Source: Pseudomonadota bacterium (GTDB lineage Bacteria > Bdellovibrionota_C > UBA2361 > OMII01). From it: a stretch of DNA of 64,000 nt. The stretch lies in assembly GCA_038134595.1 (NCBI GenBank), contig JAYPVM010000008.1:32001-96000 (forward strand), written 5' to 3'. Position numbers and translations under genes: made by a program. Below, piece by piece: positions 1-9,533 of this stretch; the stretch's first letter is position 1; each line of letters begins with the position of its first letter. The notes under the pieces were generated by a model. It had not been told where the DNA came from, made no database searches, and worked only from the letters and a program-made list of their open reading frames with translations.

Positions 1-1763
1 TTTACTCCATGTTGCACCTATATGGCTACGACTTGCCTATGTCCGAGATTCAGAAGTTTCGGCAGTGGGAGAGTCAGACACCGGGTCATCCGGAATTTGG
101 ATATACGGCAGGGGTTGAGAGTACCACTGGCCCACTTGGACAGGGCGCGGCAAATAGTGTTGGATTAGCCTTGTCGAGCAAGATGCTCGGCGCTCGATAC
201 GGTGAAGATATCTTTAACTATCGAGTTTTTGCACTCGTGAGTGATGGAGACTTAATGGAAGGAGTTGCGGCTGAGGCGGCATCGCTTGCTGGTCACTTAA
301 AGCTCAATAACCTCGTCTATCTCTATGATGATAACCAGATATCGCTTGCGGGGAACACTGACCTGTGTTTTTCCGAATCTGTAGCAGATAGGTACGAGTC
401 GTATGGCTGGTTTGTGCAGTCGTGTGATGGTCACGATCCTGCCGCTGTGGAAGCGTGTCTCGATAAGGCGCTTGCGCAGTCTGATAAGCCAAGCATTATC
501 TGTTGTCGAACTGTTTTGGGATATGGAAGCCCGAACAAGAAAAACACGCACGATGCCCACGGTGCTCCTCTAGGAGCTGATGAAATTAAAGCTACCAAGA
601 AAGCGCTCGGATGGCCTGAGGATGCACAATTCTTGGTGCCAGAGGATGTGCAGGGTTTTATTGCTGATAATGTTGAGCAGAAACTTGTTGGATATAGTGC
701 ATGGCAGGAAGCGTTTGCGCAATGGAAGACAGGTTCGCCTTCGTTGGCGGAGCAGTTAGACCAACAGTTGCGTCGCGAGATTCCAGGAGCTCTTAAAGCA
801 GATCTCTTAGGTGTTTTTAGTGAACCTAAGAGCGATGCTACGAGAAATCTGTCAGGTAAGGCTATTCAGGTCATAGCTAAGCACTTACCAGGATTTGTTG
901 GGGGATCGGCTGATCTTGATCCGTCGACGAAGACGGCTATCAAGGATGGCGGTAACGTCGCGGCGGGTAGCTTTGCTGGTAAGAATATTCATTTTGGGGT
1001 TCGTGAGCACGCCATGGGTTCAATGGCAAACGGACTCGCATACACACAGTCGTGGATACCGTATACCGCAACGTTCTTGGTGTTCTCTGACTACATGCGT
1101 CCGGCGATGAGGGTGGGGGCAATATCTCATCTGCAGGCGTTATACATATTCACTCACGATAGTTTCTGGGTTGGGGAAGATGGTCCGACGCATGAGCCTA
1201 TTGAGCACGTTATGAGTCTTCGACTTATTCCAAATATGTACGTGTTTAGACCTGCTGACGGAATAGAAGTTGCGATGAGCTACTATGCGGCGCTTGAGCG
1301 AAAGAATGGCCCAAGCTCTCTTATCTTTAGTAGACAGAATGTACCAGTTTTGGAGAGGCCCGAGGGATGGTCGCCAGATGAGGTGCTACGAGGAGGTTAC
1401 GTCCTCAAAGATGCTGACCGTCCTTCAGTGCAGATCGTTGCCACTGGCTCAGAAGTTGGTCTCGCTGTAGAGGCGGCCGCTTTACTAGAAGCCTCAGGTG
1501 TCGCGACTCGGGTTGTCTCAATGCCTTGTGTTGAACTGTTCAATGCACAGGATAGTCAGTACCAGGAAGCAATTTTGCCGCGCGATGTAAAGACAGTCGT
1601 CATAGAGGCAGGCACTACCGTAGGATGGGGCTCTCTACTCGATAGACGAGTGGAAGCAATCGGAATCGATCATTACGGTGCGTCAGCTCCAGGTGATGTG
1701 TTAGCAGAAAAGTTTGGGTTTACCCCATCTGCTGTTGAAGCAAAGATTCGAGCGGTGCTTTAA
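1..1763 (+). CDS. tkt: Transketolase, 5'-truncated by the window edge
   Basis: Frame is open upstream of ATG 9 (YSMLHL). Motifs TPGHPE, TTGPLGQG, SDGDLMEG..N (TPP binding), GVREHAM, THDS..VGEDGPTHEP. Confidence 0.97.
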   Translation, partial: YSMLHLYGYDLPMSEIQKFRQWESQTPGHPEFGYTAGVESTTGPLGQGAANSVGLALSSKMLGARYGEDIFNYRVFALVSDGDLMEGVAAEAASLAGHLKLNNLVYLYDDNQISLAGNTDLCFSESVADRYESYGWFVQSCDGHDPAAVEACLDKALAQSDKPSIICCRTVLGYGSPNKKNTHDAHGAPLGADEIKATKKALGWPEDAQFLVPEDVQGFIADNVEQKLVGYSAWQEAFAQWKTGSPSLAEQLDQQLRREIPGALKADLLGVFSEPKSDATRNLSGKAIQVIAKHLPGFVGGSADLDPSTKTAIKDGGNVAAGSFAGKNIHFGVREHAMGSMANGLAYTQSWIPYTATFLVFSDYMRPAMRVGAISHLQALYIFTHDSFWVGEDGPTHEPIEHVMSLRLIPNMYVFRPADGIEVAMSYYAALERKNGPSSLIFSRQNVPVLERPEGWSPDEVLRGGYVLKDADRPSVQIVATGSEVGLAVEAAALLEASGVATRVVSMPCVELFNAQDSQYQEAILPRDVKTVVIEAGTTVGWGSLLDRRVEAIGIDHYGASAPGDVLAEKFGFTPSAVEAKIRAVL

Positions 1764-1791
1764 GATAGCCATTCTCCAGCGCGCTATCACA

Positions 1792-3633
1792 TCACGTAAG
1801 GGCTATTCGGAGGTATGAGACCTCAGAGGAGGTGCCTGAGACGGTGTGAGTTCTGTCTTGTGCTCGTGGATCTTGTATGGTGATAGAGTACGAGACGCCG
1901 AGAGGAATGTTTTGAAAGATGAAGATTCCATCCTCTGTGGTAGTACACTCGCCGAGCTCGGAGCTGGTTAGCTTTGCATTGTGAGCAGGTTTCATAGAAT
2001 CGGCAAAAAATACGATGCCAGCGACATCTGCAACGAGGCCTGTAGATGATAAGTCTGTTGCGATAGTGGATGGAGAAAATTCATTGAGCGCATCCTCGAG
2101 AGCTTTTGCAAGTTCCTCGTGTTCGGACTCGTTGAAATCGAGATCTTCGAGATCTCTTGAGAGTAACTGAGCCTGCAGCTGTGCCGCTAGTCGAGCAGAT
2201 GTTCGCACGGCTAAAGCTGGACCAATGATACCAATCGCTAACCCTGTTGCGATAGTAAGACAGACATTTTCGATAGAGCTATCTAAGGAACGAAGTAGGG
2301 AGATATCGCCCGAGCTTCCCGCGTATCTTCGTAGCGAAGCGATTATCTCAGGGATGCCCTTTGTCAGAATTGAAGAGACTTTATGTTGTTCTAGTTGCTC
2401 GGTTCGAGGCGTGACGTCGCGACAGGGGTCGTATTTCGATGCTTCAACAGCTGAATTTGTGATTGCCTTGATGCTCCGTGGAGGGATTGGATTCGATGAG
2501 CTCCGATCGTTGTGTTGTAAATCTGGACTCGTTGATTGTGTTTGGCCCCTCGGAGCCGGATTCTTAGATAGCTCTTGGCGTCCCTGAATATTGAGAGGAT
2601 GCTGGTGCTGCTCAGAAGTGACTGCTCGAGTGACTGGAGAGACCTGTATGATTTGGTTCTCGAGAAGAGTTAGATTATCAAAGAGACTCTGTCGTGCCGT
2701 TGTTACCTCTTGAGATGGCTGATGGAGAGCATAGTTTTGTGGTGCAAGTGTCAAGTCATTGCTTGTCCTGTCTTGAGTCGGATAGGTAAAGGTATGTGGT
2801 GCTTGGTCATCGTGAAATGACCCATGTATCTGCTGAAGAAGGCGAATGTGATCAAGCCTTTGTTCAGCTCGTAAGTCTTGTGCTTGTTCGGTGTTTTGTT
2901 GATGCGTTTCTACTTGGCGTTCGATAGGTGTTGTATCTGTCGCAAACACGTTTGAGCTGTCTTGCGTGGCATCAGTATTAGTGGTCGCTGTTACTACAGG
3001 CTCTGCCTCACGTGTAGAATGTGCAGGCGTAAGGGAGTGAGAGTCGTGGGTTGGCGAGACCTGGGTGTCGCGGTCTGTTGAAACGGCGAGGGTTTCTTTT
3101 GAATCACGCACTATTACGGGAGCCTCTCCTTTCTCTGCTGGGAATGTTTTTTCGTCGACAGGAGATCTTGATTCAGAGGGCCGTTTTTGTTTCATGTCAG
3201 AGGTAGGCTCTGCTTTGTGTGATATCTCCGATACGCTCTTTTGGTCGCCTTGGGTTGCTTCCTTCTGCAGTAGCTTTGGAGCTGAATCGCCCCAAGGATT
3301 GCCGCGAGATCGATTGAGTGCTGTGTGTTGTTGTATTTCTCTGTGAGAGTCCAAATGTTGGGAATGTACAAGTCCTGGAGTTGTAGCCCCCGCGTTGTTT
3401 AGTGGTCGGTAATGGTGTGGTGAAGCGGTAGTTGGATGTTCAATCGATACAAGCTCACGACCCAGTACAACTCTATCAAGCACTGCTTTGAGTAGCTCAA
3501 TTCTAATAGCGCCGTAGTCTACAAGACCTCCAGCGGTGCTGATAGTTTCCAATGAGCTTGATGAAGCGGTATCGGTGTCCGTTTGTTTTGATGGCGCATC
3601 AGGTGCTTGTGATGGAGAGGGGTGTGATGCCAT
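1792..3633 (-). CDS. Hypothetical protein: long low-complexity S/T/Q/H-rich region, one hydrophobic segment, C-terminal carboxypeptidase-regulatory-like beta-sandwich
   Basis: 613-aa ORF filling the gap between tkt and the SGNH gene. C-terminus VAGIVF..KPAHNAKL..TTTEDGIFIFQNIPLGVSYSITI resembles Cna-B/transthyretin-like domains. Confidence 0.7.
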   Translation of the reverse strand: MASHPSPSQAPDAPSKQTDTDTASSSSLETISTAGGLVDYGAIRIELLKAVLDRVVLGRELVSIEHPTTASPHHYRPLNNAGATTPGLVHSQHLDSHREIQQHTALNRSRGNPWGDSAPKLLQKEATQGDQKSVSEISHKAEPTSDMKQKRPSESRSPVDEKTFPAEKGEAPVIVRDSKETLAVSTDRDTQVSPTHDSHSLTPAHSTREAEPVVTATTNTDATQDSSNVFATDTTPIERQVETHQQNTEQAQDLRAEQRLDHIRLLQQIHGSFHDDQAPHTFTYPTQDRTSNDLTLAPQNYALHQPSQEVTTARQSLFDNLTLLENQIIQVSPVTRAVTSEQHQHPLNIQGRQELSKNPAPRGQTQSTSPDLQHNDRSSSNPIPPRSIKAITNSAVEASKYDPCRDVTPRTEQLEQHKVSSILTKGIPEIIASLRRYAGSSGDISLLRSLDSSIENVCLTIATGLAIGIIGPALAVRTSARLAAQLQAQLLSRDLEDLDFNESEHEELAKALEDALNEFSPSTIATDLSSTGLVADVAGIVFFADSMKPAHNAKLTSSELGECTTTEDGIFIFQNIPLGVSYSITIQDPRAQDRTHTVSGTSSEVSYLRIALT

Positions 3634-3758
3634 AGATAAGATACCAACAAAGCCAATGAATTTGTAACGTCCGCGGAAGTTATATCTACGGTATGGCGTG
3701 TTTTTTACGTGATGGTACTTAATGAATATGGATTATTATCAATGAATCCAGGTAAGTA

Positions 3759-4502
3759 CTAGAAAGGAGCGGCGTGTCTTGGGTATTGTCTCGTGATGTA
3801 TCGAGCGTAAGCCTTTGCAAGTGCTCTGTAGCCCTTTGATGAGGGATGTAAATTGTCAGAGGAGAGAAGTCTCTTGCTCACCCTGTCGAATCGCAAATCG
3901 GCGGGGGATGATGTCGAATGAGAGGCCTTAATAAATTCATTAAGCTCTGCGACCCACGGACCTTGAGAACCTCGATTTGGTAACACCAGGACTGCTATCG
4001 TTACAACGGGCGATGTGCCTTGAAGCTCTGAGACTGTATTGGCTAGGAGGCGCTGAATGCGCTTTAAGTTTCTGTATGCTTTTTGGGGAGGCCCGAATAA
4101 CCAGCGGTCGTTTCGACCGATATCTATCGTAACAAGATCTGCCGTGAGTATATCGGCAAGCATATCTTCATAACCGGAGCCATTAAATGCCGAGCGAATG
4201 CGCTTTAAGAGAGCACCCGTACGCAGTCCGGCTACACCGTGTGCCTTAAGTGTACTTGTAGGAAGCCGGGCTTGAGCTCGAACTACATAGCCCCCATTAC
4301 CACGAAGCTTTCTATCTCCGAAGCCCGTTACAAAACTATCTCCTAATGCTACGACCGTAACGACTCCGTCGCAGTTTCGGTCGGGGAGGTTCTCATCTGT
4401 AGTGCATTGAGAAAAAGCTTTTTCTACCCCTGACAGTAAAAATACGACGAAACAGCAGAAAGTTGTCACGTGTCTACAAGTCTTAAGAGATGGGTTTTTC
4501 AT
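3759..4502 (-). CDS. Secreted SGNH/GDSL-family hydrolase
   Basis: Signal-peptide-like N-terminus, block I VALGDS, block III GRND, block V DNLHP. Confidence 0.9.
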   Translation of the reverse strand: MKNPSLKTCRHVTTFCCFVVFLLSGVEKAFSQCTTDENLPDRNCDGVVTVVALGDSFVTGFGDRKLRGNGGYVVRAQARLPTSTLKAHGVAGLRTGALLKRIRSAFNGSGYEDMLADILTADLVTIDIGRNDRWLFGPPQKAYRNLKRIQRLLANTVSELQGTSPVVTIAVLVLPNRGSQGPWVAELNEFIKASHSTSSPADLRFDRVSKRLLSSDNLHPSSKGYRALAKAYARYITRQYPRHAAPF

Positions 4503-4689
4503 AACGATTATCTGTCAATTAACTGAATATCTCCCGCATGAGGTTATCAAAATGCTTCTTACAATACCACTTGTTTGAGGGTCAAGGCGAAAGGGATGAC
4601 AGTACAATTTTGCCCCCCTTCTGGCCGATATTGCCGACTGGAGGCGGGGATATCTAAGCTAACTCCCTTAAAAGACCAACTTCCCACCG

Positions 4690-4705
4690 TGGCAAAAGAA
4701 TTGCT
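4690..4705 (+). promoter_or_regulatory. Sigma-54 (-24/-12) promoter for fliK-flgD-flgE
   Basis: TGGCAAAAGAATTGCT has exact GG-N10-GC spacing, about 105 nt upstream of the fliK ATG. Confidence 0.7.
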
Positions 4706-4809
4706 CTGCTGAGAGCACAAAACAGATTTGTGGGATGGTGCAGGACGCAACTACTAGAGCTTACGAATAAGCGACCCACGTAAAAAGAGAACCGTAGAGA
4801 GAAATCTTT

Positions 4810-6462
4810 ATGATACGAAGCCTGCACCCCGAGGAAGCTCAACAGAGCTCCGCCATCGCCATTACACGTGCCAAAGAGCAAAACGAAGCCCGTGATGATG
4901 GAGAATTTGAAGCTCTTGCCTCTGAGTTTAAGAGCTTACTTTCTAAAATATCTACACACTATGGAGAACAACCCGACCAGACAGTGGCTCTAGGGTTTGC
5001 ACTCGCCCAGTCGACTCAACAAGTCAAACAGACTGTAGAAGCACGGGTCAATTCAGAGCAAAGCGAAGAAAGATTCAGAGAAGAAAGCCCTGATTCCGAG
5101 GATTCGTTTGATGTTATGAGTGATCAAGGGTCTGTCAACGACCAGTCGCATGATCAGGTCTCAGAGCGCGAATCAAAATCAGCTCAAAAAACCGAACAAA
5201 CCGAGCGTGCTAACGCTACCCGAGAGGTTGTCAATCAAGAGGCTTCTGAGTTGTTAGGACAAGAGGTTTCGGCTGAGGGAGTGGATGTCAATGTGGAGGC
5301 CAGCGCGGGTGAAGAGGTATCAGCGGCAGTGGAAAATCACGTCACGTCTGAGCGCTTGTTAGATTCTGAAGGTGCCGCAGATATTGCGGTTAAGGTCCGC
5401 GCAGTTCTTGACAAGAGGGAGTCTCAGGATGGAGAGGAAGAGGTTGAAGAGGACGTTTTGCTTGGAGAAGGATTTGAGGAGCTGGCTGACGAGGAGAGTG
5501 GACTACAAAACCACCTAAAAACCGCTAAAATCAGGGTCTCAAACGATTCTCACACAACTAAAAATGAACATTCGACCCACTCTGCGAAGGATTCGACCGA
5601 GCAGGGAGGAGTTCATCACGATACTCGTGGTGCTATGGATGGGGCAGGGTCTGAAGGCGAGATTGAAAACATGACTCAATCAGACGGAGCAGGTAGTAAA
5701 AAGGCTGTACGCATCGGAGATGAGGCACTGCGTAAACAGTTTGCCGAGGTCCCAGCAGCTTCGCAGGTTGTGCAGGAGCGAGTGCGGCCTGCAACGCAAG
5801 CAAGTAGTGTAACGTCGATTACCACAGCGCTTTTAAGACAGGCTTTTGAGCAGGTGCAGGCCATGGCAAATATGGCTCCCAAGATGCAGAAGAGCGCTGA
5901 TTCGAGCGCCTCGGTTATGCAATCGCCAATGGCGTCTTCGTATACGCCTACTGAAAAAGGTGAGGAAACTTCAAAAACCTCTCGACCTAATCAGCGCTCG
6001 AATATGGCGCGGATGCTTCAAAGGGTCAGTGAGACGCTTAAAGAAGCTGCACGCTCCAGAGATGGCAAGTCAATTACGTTAAAGCTTGACCCGGTAGACT
6101 TAGGTAAGGTTCGAGTTGACGTTAGTCTTCGTGAGGGCCGACTGCATGCTAAAATAACGCCAGATAATCAGGAGGTTATGCAATCGTTACGAGAAAATGC
6201 CCATGATTTGCAAGCATCGCTTCGCAAACTTGGTTTGGCTGTAGATTCGGTTAGCGTGTCGATTGGCTTTGAGCGTTTTGAGGAGGAGGGAAACTCCCAA
6301 AACTTGCATAGCGGCAGTACTTTCCAAGATGAGGGGCATAACCTGCCGTTTGAGGAGGGCCAAGTACCTGAAAATATGTTTGGCAATGATATTGCAAGTA
6401 ACACAGCAGCTGGGAGCAGTGAAGCTAGCTCGACTCCAGAATTAGACCACTGGATAGCGTAA
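4810..6462 (+). CDS. fliK: Flagellar hook-length control protein FliK
   Basis: Long disordered acidic N-terminal part. C-terminal T3S4 domain ITLKLDPVDLGKVRVDV..L..NAHDLQASL. Directly upstream of flgD. Confidence 0.88.
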   Translation: MIRSLHPEEAQQSSAIAITRAKEQNEARDDGEFEALASEFKSLLSKISTHYGEQPDQTVALGFALAQSTQQVKQTVEARVNSEQSEERFREESPDSEDSFDVMSDQGSVNDQSHDQVSERESKSAQKTEQTERANATREVVNQEASELLGQEVSAEGVDVNVEASAGEEVSAAVENHVTSERLLDSEGAADIAVKVRAVLDKRESQDGEEEVEEDVLLGEGFEELADEESGLQNHLKTAKIRVSNDSHTTKNEHSTHSAKDSTEQGGVHHDTRGAMDGAGSEGEIENMTQSDGAGSKKAVRIGDEALRKQFAEVPAASQVVQERVRPATQASSVTSITTALLRQAFEQVQAMANMAPKMQKSADSSASVMQSPMASSYTPTEKGEETSKTSRPNQRSNMARMLQRVSETLKEAARSRDGKSITLKLDPVDLGKVRVDVSLREGRLHAKITPDNQEVMQSLRENAHDLQASLRKLGLAVDSVSVSIGFERFEEEGNSQNLHSGSTFQDEGHNLPFEEGQVPENMFGNDIASNTAAGSSEASSTPELDHWIA

Positions 6463-6477
6463 GGAATTGAGATTGTT

Positions 6478-7149
6478 ATGGCTAATGATACGATAAACAG
6501 CATTGCGGGAGGTGCTTCGACTCAGGGGATTTCCCTGACCTCCACGAGCAAGAATGAAGAGATCGGGAAGAATGAGTTTTTAACGCTCCTGGTGACGCAG
6601 TTAAAGAATCAAGACCCTGAAGCGCCCATGGATAGCAAAGAGTTTGCGGTTCAGTTGGCGCAGTTTACGCAGGTTGAGAAACTCATATCTATCGACGAGC
6701 AAATGAAGGCTCAAAATGAAGCGAGTTCGATGGCTTCGATGGCAGGATATCTCGGGCATCACGTTGTACTCAACTCGCAAGATGTCCTCGTACGCGATGG
6801 TACCGGTAGCTCAATGCAGGTGGATTTGGCGCAGGATGCAGGTTCACTTAAGGTTCAATTGCTCAATAGTCAGGGTACTGTCATCGGTGAAAAAGAGTTT
6901 ACCGATCTCGGCTCTGGTAAGCACACGCTTTCTCTAGATGGACTAACTGTTCCTGATGGTGCGTATGCTACACAGGTAGTTGCAAGTAGTCCGTTTGGAG
7001 GTCAGACGTTTTCGCCTCCAGCTTCGACGGTAGGGTTGGTTTCTGGTTTTATTCCCGGTCTAAATCCAATGTTGATTGTTGATGGTAAGGAAGTGAGCCT
7101 AACAGATGTTCGTGAGGTAACAACGATTTCCTCGGATGGTAACGCATAA
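6478..7149 (+). CDS. flgD: Flagellar hook-capping protein FlgD
   Basis: GKNEFLTLLVTQLKNQDP..PMD..EF..QLAQF signature. Confidence 0.96.
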   Translation: MANDTINSIAGGASTQGISLTSTSKNEEIGKNEFLTLLVTQLKNQDPEAPMDSKEFAVQLAQFTQVEKLISIDEQMKAQNEASSMASMAGYLGHHVVLNSQDVLVRDGTGSSMQVDLAQDAGSLKVQLLNSQGTVIGEKEFTDLGSGKHTLSLDGLTVPDGAYATQVVASSPFGGQTFSPPASTVGLVSGFIPGLNPMLIVDGKEVSLTDVREVTTISSDGNA

Positions 7150-7258
7150 ATTTTGTAGTATCCAGTTAGAGTGGTAGGTTGTTTGCGAGTTGCATGCGCA
7201 CTACCTACAAAGGTTTTTTGGTTGTAAGAACGCCTAAATTTTTTAATGGAAGGTTCCC

Positions 7259-8545
7259 GTGCCAAGTATCATTAATGGATTATTCGCTGGTCGTGCAGGT
7301 ATCTCAAGTCATGGTAACGCTATCTCTGTAGCTGGTGATAACATCTCTAATGCAAGTACGCCTGGCTTTAAGACTACTCGGGCGGAGTTTCAGAGTTTGA
7401 TAGCTGGTGATGGCGTCTTGGGTCGGCAGTTTGGTAGTGGAGCATCGGTATCAGCAGTTTCAACCCTGTTTGAGCAGGGGACGCTGGAGTTCACTGGTCG
7501 ACCACTCGACCTTGGAATCAGCGGTAATGGATACTTTATGCTCGCGCGAGATCAGTCTCGATATTACTCCCGCGCCGGCAATTTTAAAATTGATTCCGCT
7601 GGTTTTATCGTTGATCAGTCAGGATTAGCAGTTCTAGGCTTTCCGGCGAATGGAAATGGCGCCCTTGAGCCAATCAACATAAACTCAATTGAGCAAGATG
7701 CCGTTGAAACCACCGAGGTCGTCATTTCAGGAAACGTAAATGCATCAGCTACTATGATAGATGTGGCTTCTATTCCCGATCCCGGTTTGGCTGTTCCTCC
7801 GACCGTTACCTACACTGATTTGAATCAATTAGCCGAGTACTCAACGGTAGTGGACGTTTTTGACAGCTTGGGTAGTCGACACTCTCTGACTTTTTTCTTT
7901 TATCACACTGACGTAAATGAATACACAGTCCGAGGATACGTAAATAACGAGGACGTGGATGCAGTAGATAGTTTGACCGGATATCCTCGATTTGTAGGAG
8001 AGGCTACAGTTGCCTTTGCTGGAGATGGACAACGGAGTCCTCTTCCGATCGCGGGAGACGTTGATTTTAACTCTGTTATCACCTGGAATAATGGAGCCGA
8101 TGATAGTGATGTAGATTTTCTCTTCTCGCCACTGACACAGTTTTCCGCACAGTCAAATATCCTATCTGTCTCGCAGGATGGAGTGGGTGTCGGCGCTGTT
8201 GAGACGATTTCAGTAGGCACAGATGGAACAATCACCGCACTCTTGACTAATGGACAAAATAGCAACCTCGGGCAACTCGCCTTGGCCACGTTTGCAAATC
8301 AGGAGGGGCTAGCGCGCCTTAGTGGTAATCTACTGGCAGAATCAACCTCGTCAGGTGTAGCTGTTATCGGTAAAGCTGAGTCCGGATCGTTTGGAAGTAT
8401 TCAATCTGGAACACTTGAGTTGTCTACCGTAGATATTGCGTCAGAATTCGTTAAAATTATTACTCTTCAACGTGGATTCCAGGCGAGTTCAAGGATTATT
8501 ACCACCATTAACCAACTTCTAAATGAAATTATTCAGTTGGCGTAA
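7259..8545 (+). CDS. flgE: Flagellar hook protein FlgE
   Basis: N-terminal DNISNASTPGFK, TGRPLDLGISGNGYF, YSRAGNF; C-terminal LELSTVDIASEFVKIITLQRGFQA. Confidence 0.95.
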   Translation: MPSIINGLFAGRAGISSHGNAISVAGDNISNASTPGFKTTRAEFQSLIAGDGVLGRQFGSGASVSAVSTLFEQGTLEFTGRPLDLGISGNGYFMLARDQSRYYSRAGNFKIDSAGFIVDQSGLAVLGFPANGNGALEPININSIEQDAVETTEVVISGNVNASATMIDVASIPDPGLAVPPTVTYTDLNQLAEYSTVVDVFDSLGSRHSLTFFFYHTDVNEYTVRGYVNNEDVDAVDSLTGYPRFVGEATVAFAGDGQRSPLPIAGDVDFNSVITWNNGADDSDVDFLFSPLTQFSAQSNILSVSQDGVGVGAVETISVGTDGTITALLTNGQNSNLGQLALATFANQEGLARLSGNLLAESTSSGVAVIGKAESGSFGSIQSGTLELSTVDIASEFVKIITLQRGFQASSRIITTINQLLNEIIQLA

Positions 8546-8572
8546 CGGGTCACAACGCTATACCATCGAGGT

Positions 8573-9520
8573 ATGAAGTTTTCTAACTCGGAACTAATCA
8601 GTGGGATTGAGGCGCGTGATTTTCGGGCGATTGCCCGGATGATTACCCGACTCGAAGATGGTTCTGACTCTGCACGGCGTTTGGCGGCATCGATGCATCG
8701 CACCTCTCCGGGAAGAGCTCATGTAGTAGGTATCACAGGTTCTCCTGGTGCGGGTAAATCAACGCTGGTCGATCTACTTGCTGAATCCTATCGAGCGCAG
8801 GGGAAACAGGTGGCGGTGCTCGCTGTTGACCCGTCGAGTCCCTTTAGTGGAGGCGCTATCCTAGGGGATCGGATACGGATGAATCGTGCGGCCAATGATC
8901 CGAATATATTTATCCGAAGCATGGCAACACGGGGCTCTCTAGGCGGGCTTGCTAAGGCTACATTCGAGTCGATACACGTCCTAGATTGTGCCGGATTTGA
9001 TGTAATTCTGATTGAAACTGTGGGAGTTGGACAAGCAGAAGTTGATATCGTTCGTTCTGCCGATACGTGTGTGGTCGTTCTTGTCCCTGGCATGGGAGAC
9101 AGCGTTCAGATTATTAAGGCAGGATTGATGGAGATTGCCGATGTGTTTGTTATAAACAAGGCCGATCGAGATGGTGCTCTCACCCTCGAAAAAGATTTGT
9201 TTACGCTTTTATCACTTGTGGACCACGAAGCAGGGCAGTGGAATCCCAGCGTTGTAAAGACCGTAGCAACTCAGGGAACAGGTGTTGTTGAGGTAGTAGA
9301 ATCGGCATCTTTGCACGCGACATGGCTAGAGGAGTCCGTTAGTGGACATGCGCGACGGGTGAAAGTATTAACGCATGTATTACGTGAACTAGCGGCTGAA
9401 CGGATCGCTACACGAGCACTGGAGGGCAAGGAGCAAGTTATAGAAACACTTGCTCGCGCGGTATTTGATAGAAAGAAAAATGCCCTTCAAGCAGTAGAGG
9501 AGCTTGTAAAGCAACTTTGA
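8573..9520 (+). CDS. meaB: MeaB/ArgK-family GTPase (methylmalonyl-CoA mutase chaperone)
   Basis: GITGSPGAGKST, AVDPSSPFSGGAILGDRIRM, ETVGVGQ, INKAD. Confidence 0.93.
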   Translation: MKFSNSELISGIEARDFRAIARMITRLEDGSDSARRLAASMHRTSPGRAHVVGITGSPGAGKSTLVDLLAESYRAQGKQVAVLAVDPSSPFSGGAILGDRIRMNRAANDPNIFIRSMATRGSLGGLAKATFESIHVLDCAGFDVILIETVGVGQAEVDIVRSADTCVVVLVPGMGDSVQIIKAGLMEIADVFVINKADRDGALTLEKDLFTLLSLVDHEAGQWNPSVVKTVATQGTGVVEVVESASLHATWLEESVSGHARRVKVLTHVLRELAAERIATRALEGKEQVIETLARAVFDRKKNALQAVEELVKQL

Positions 9521-9533
9521 TTGACAGTGTGTC

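Noticed and set aside
4603..4631. Sigma-28 promoter (GCCGATAT) upstream of fliK
   Set aside because: The -10 match is good but there is no TAAA -35 at the right spacing; the sigma-54 box fits better.
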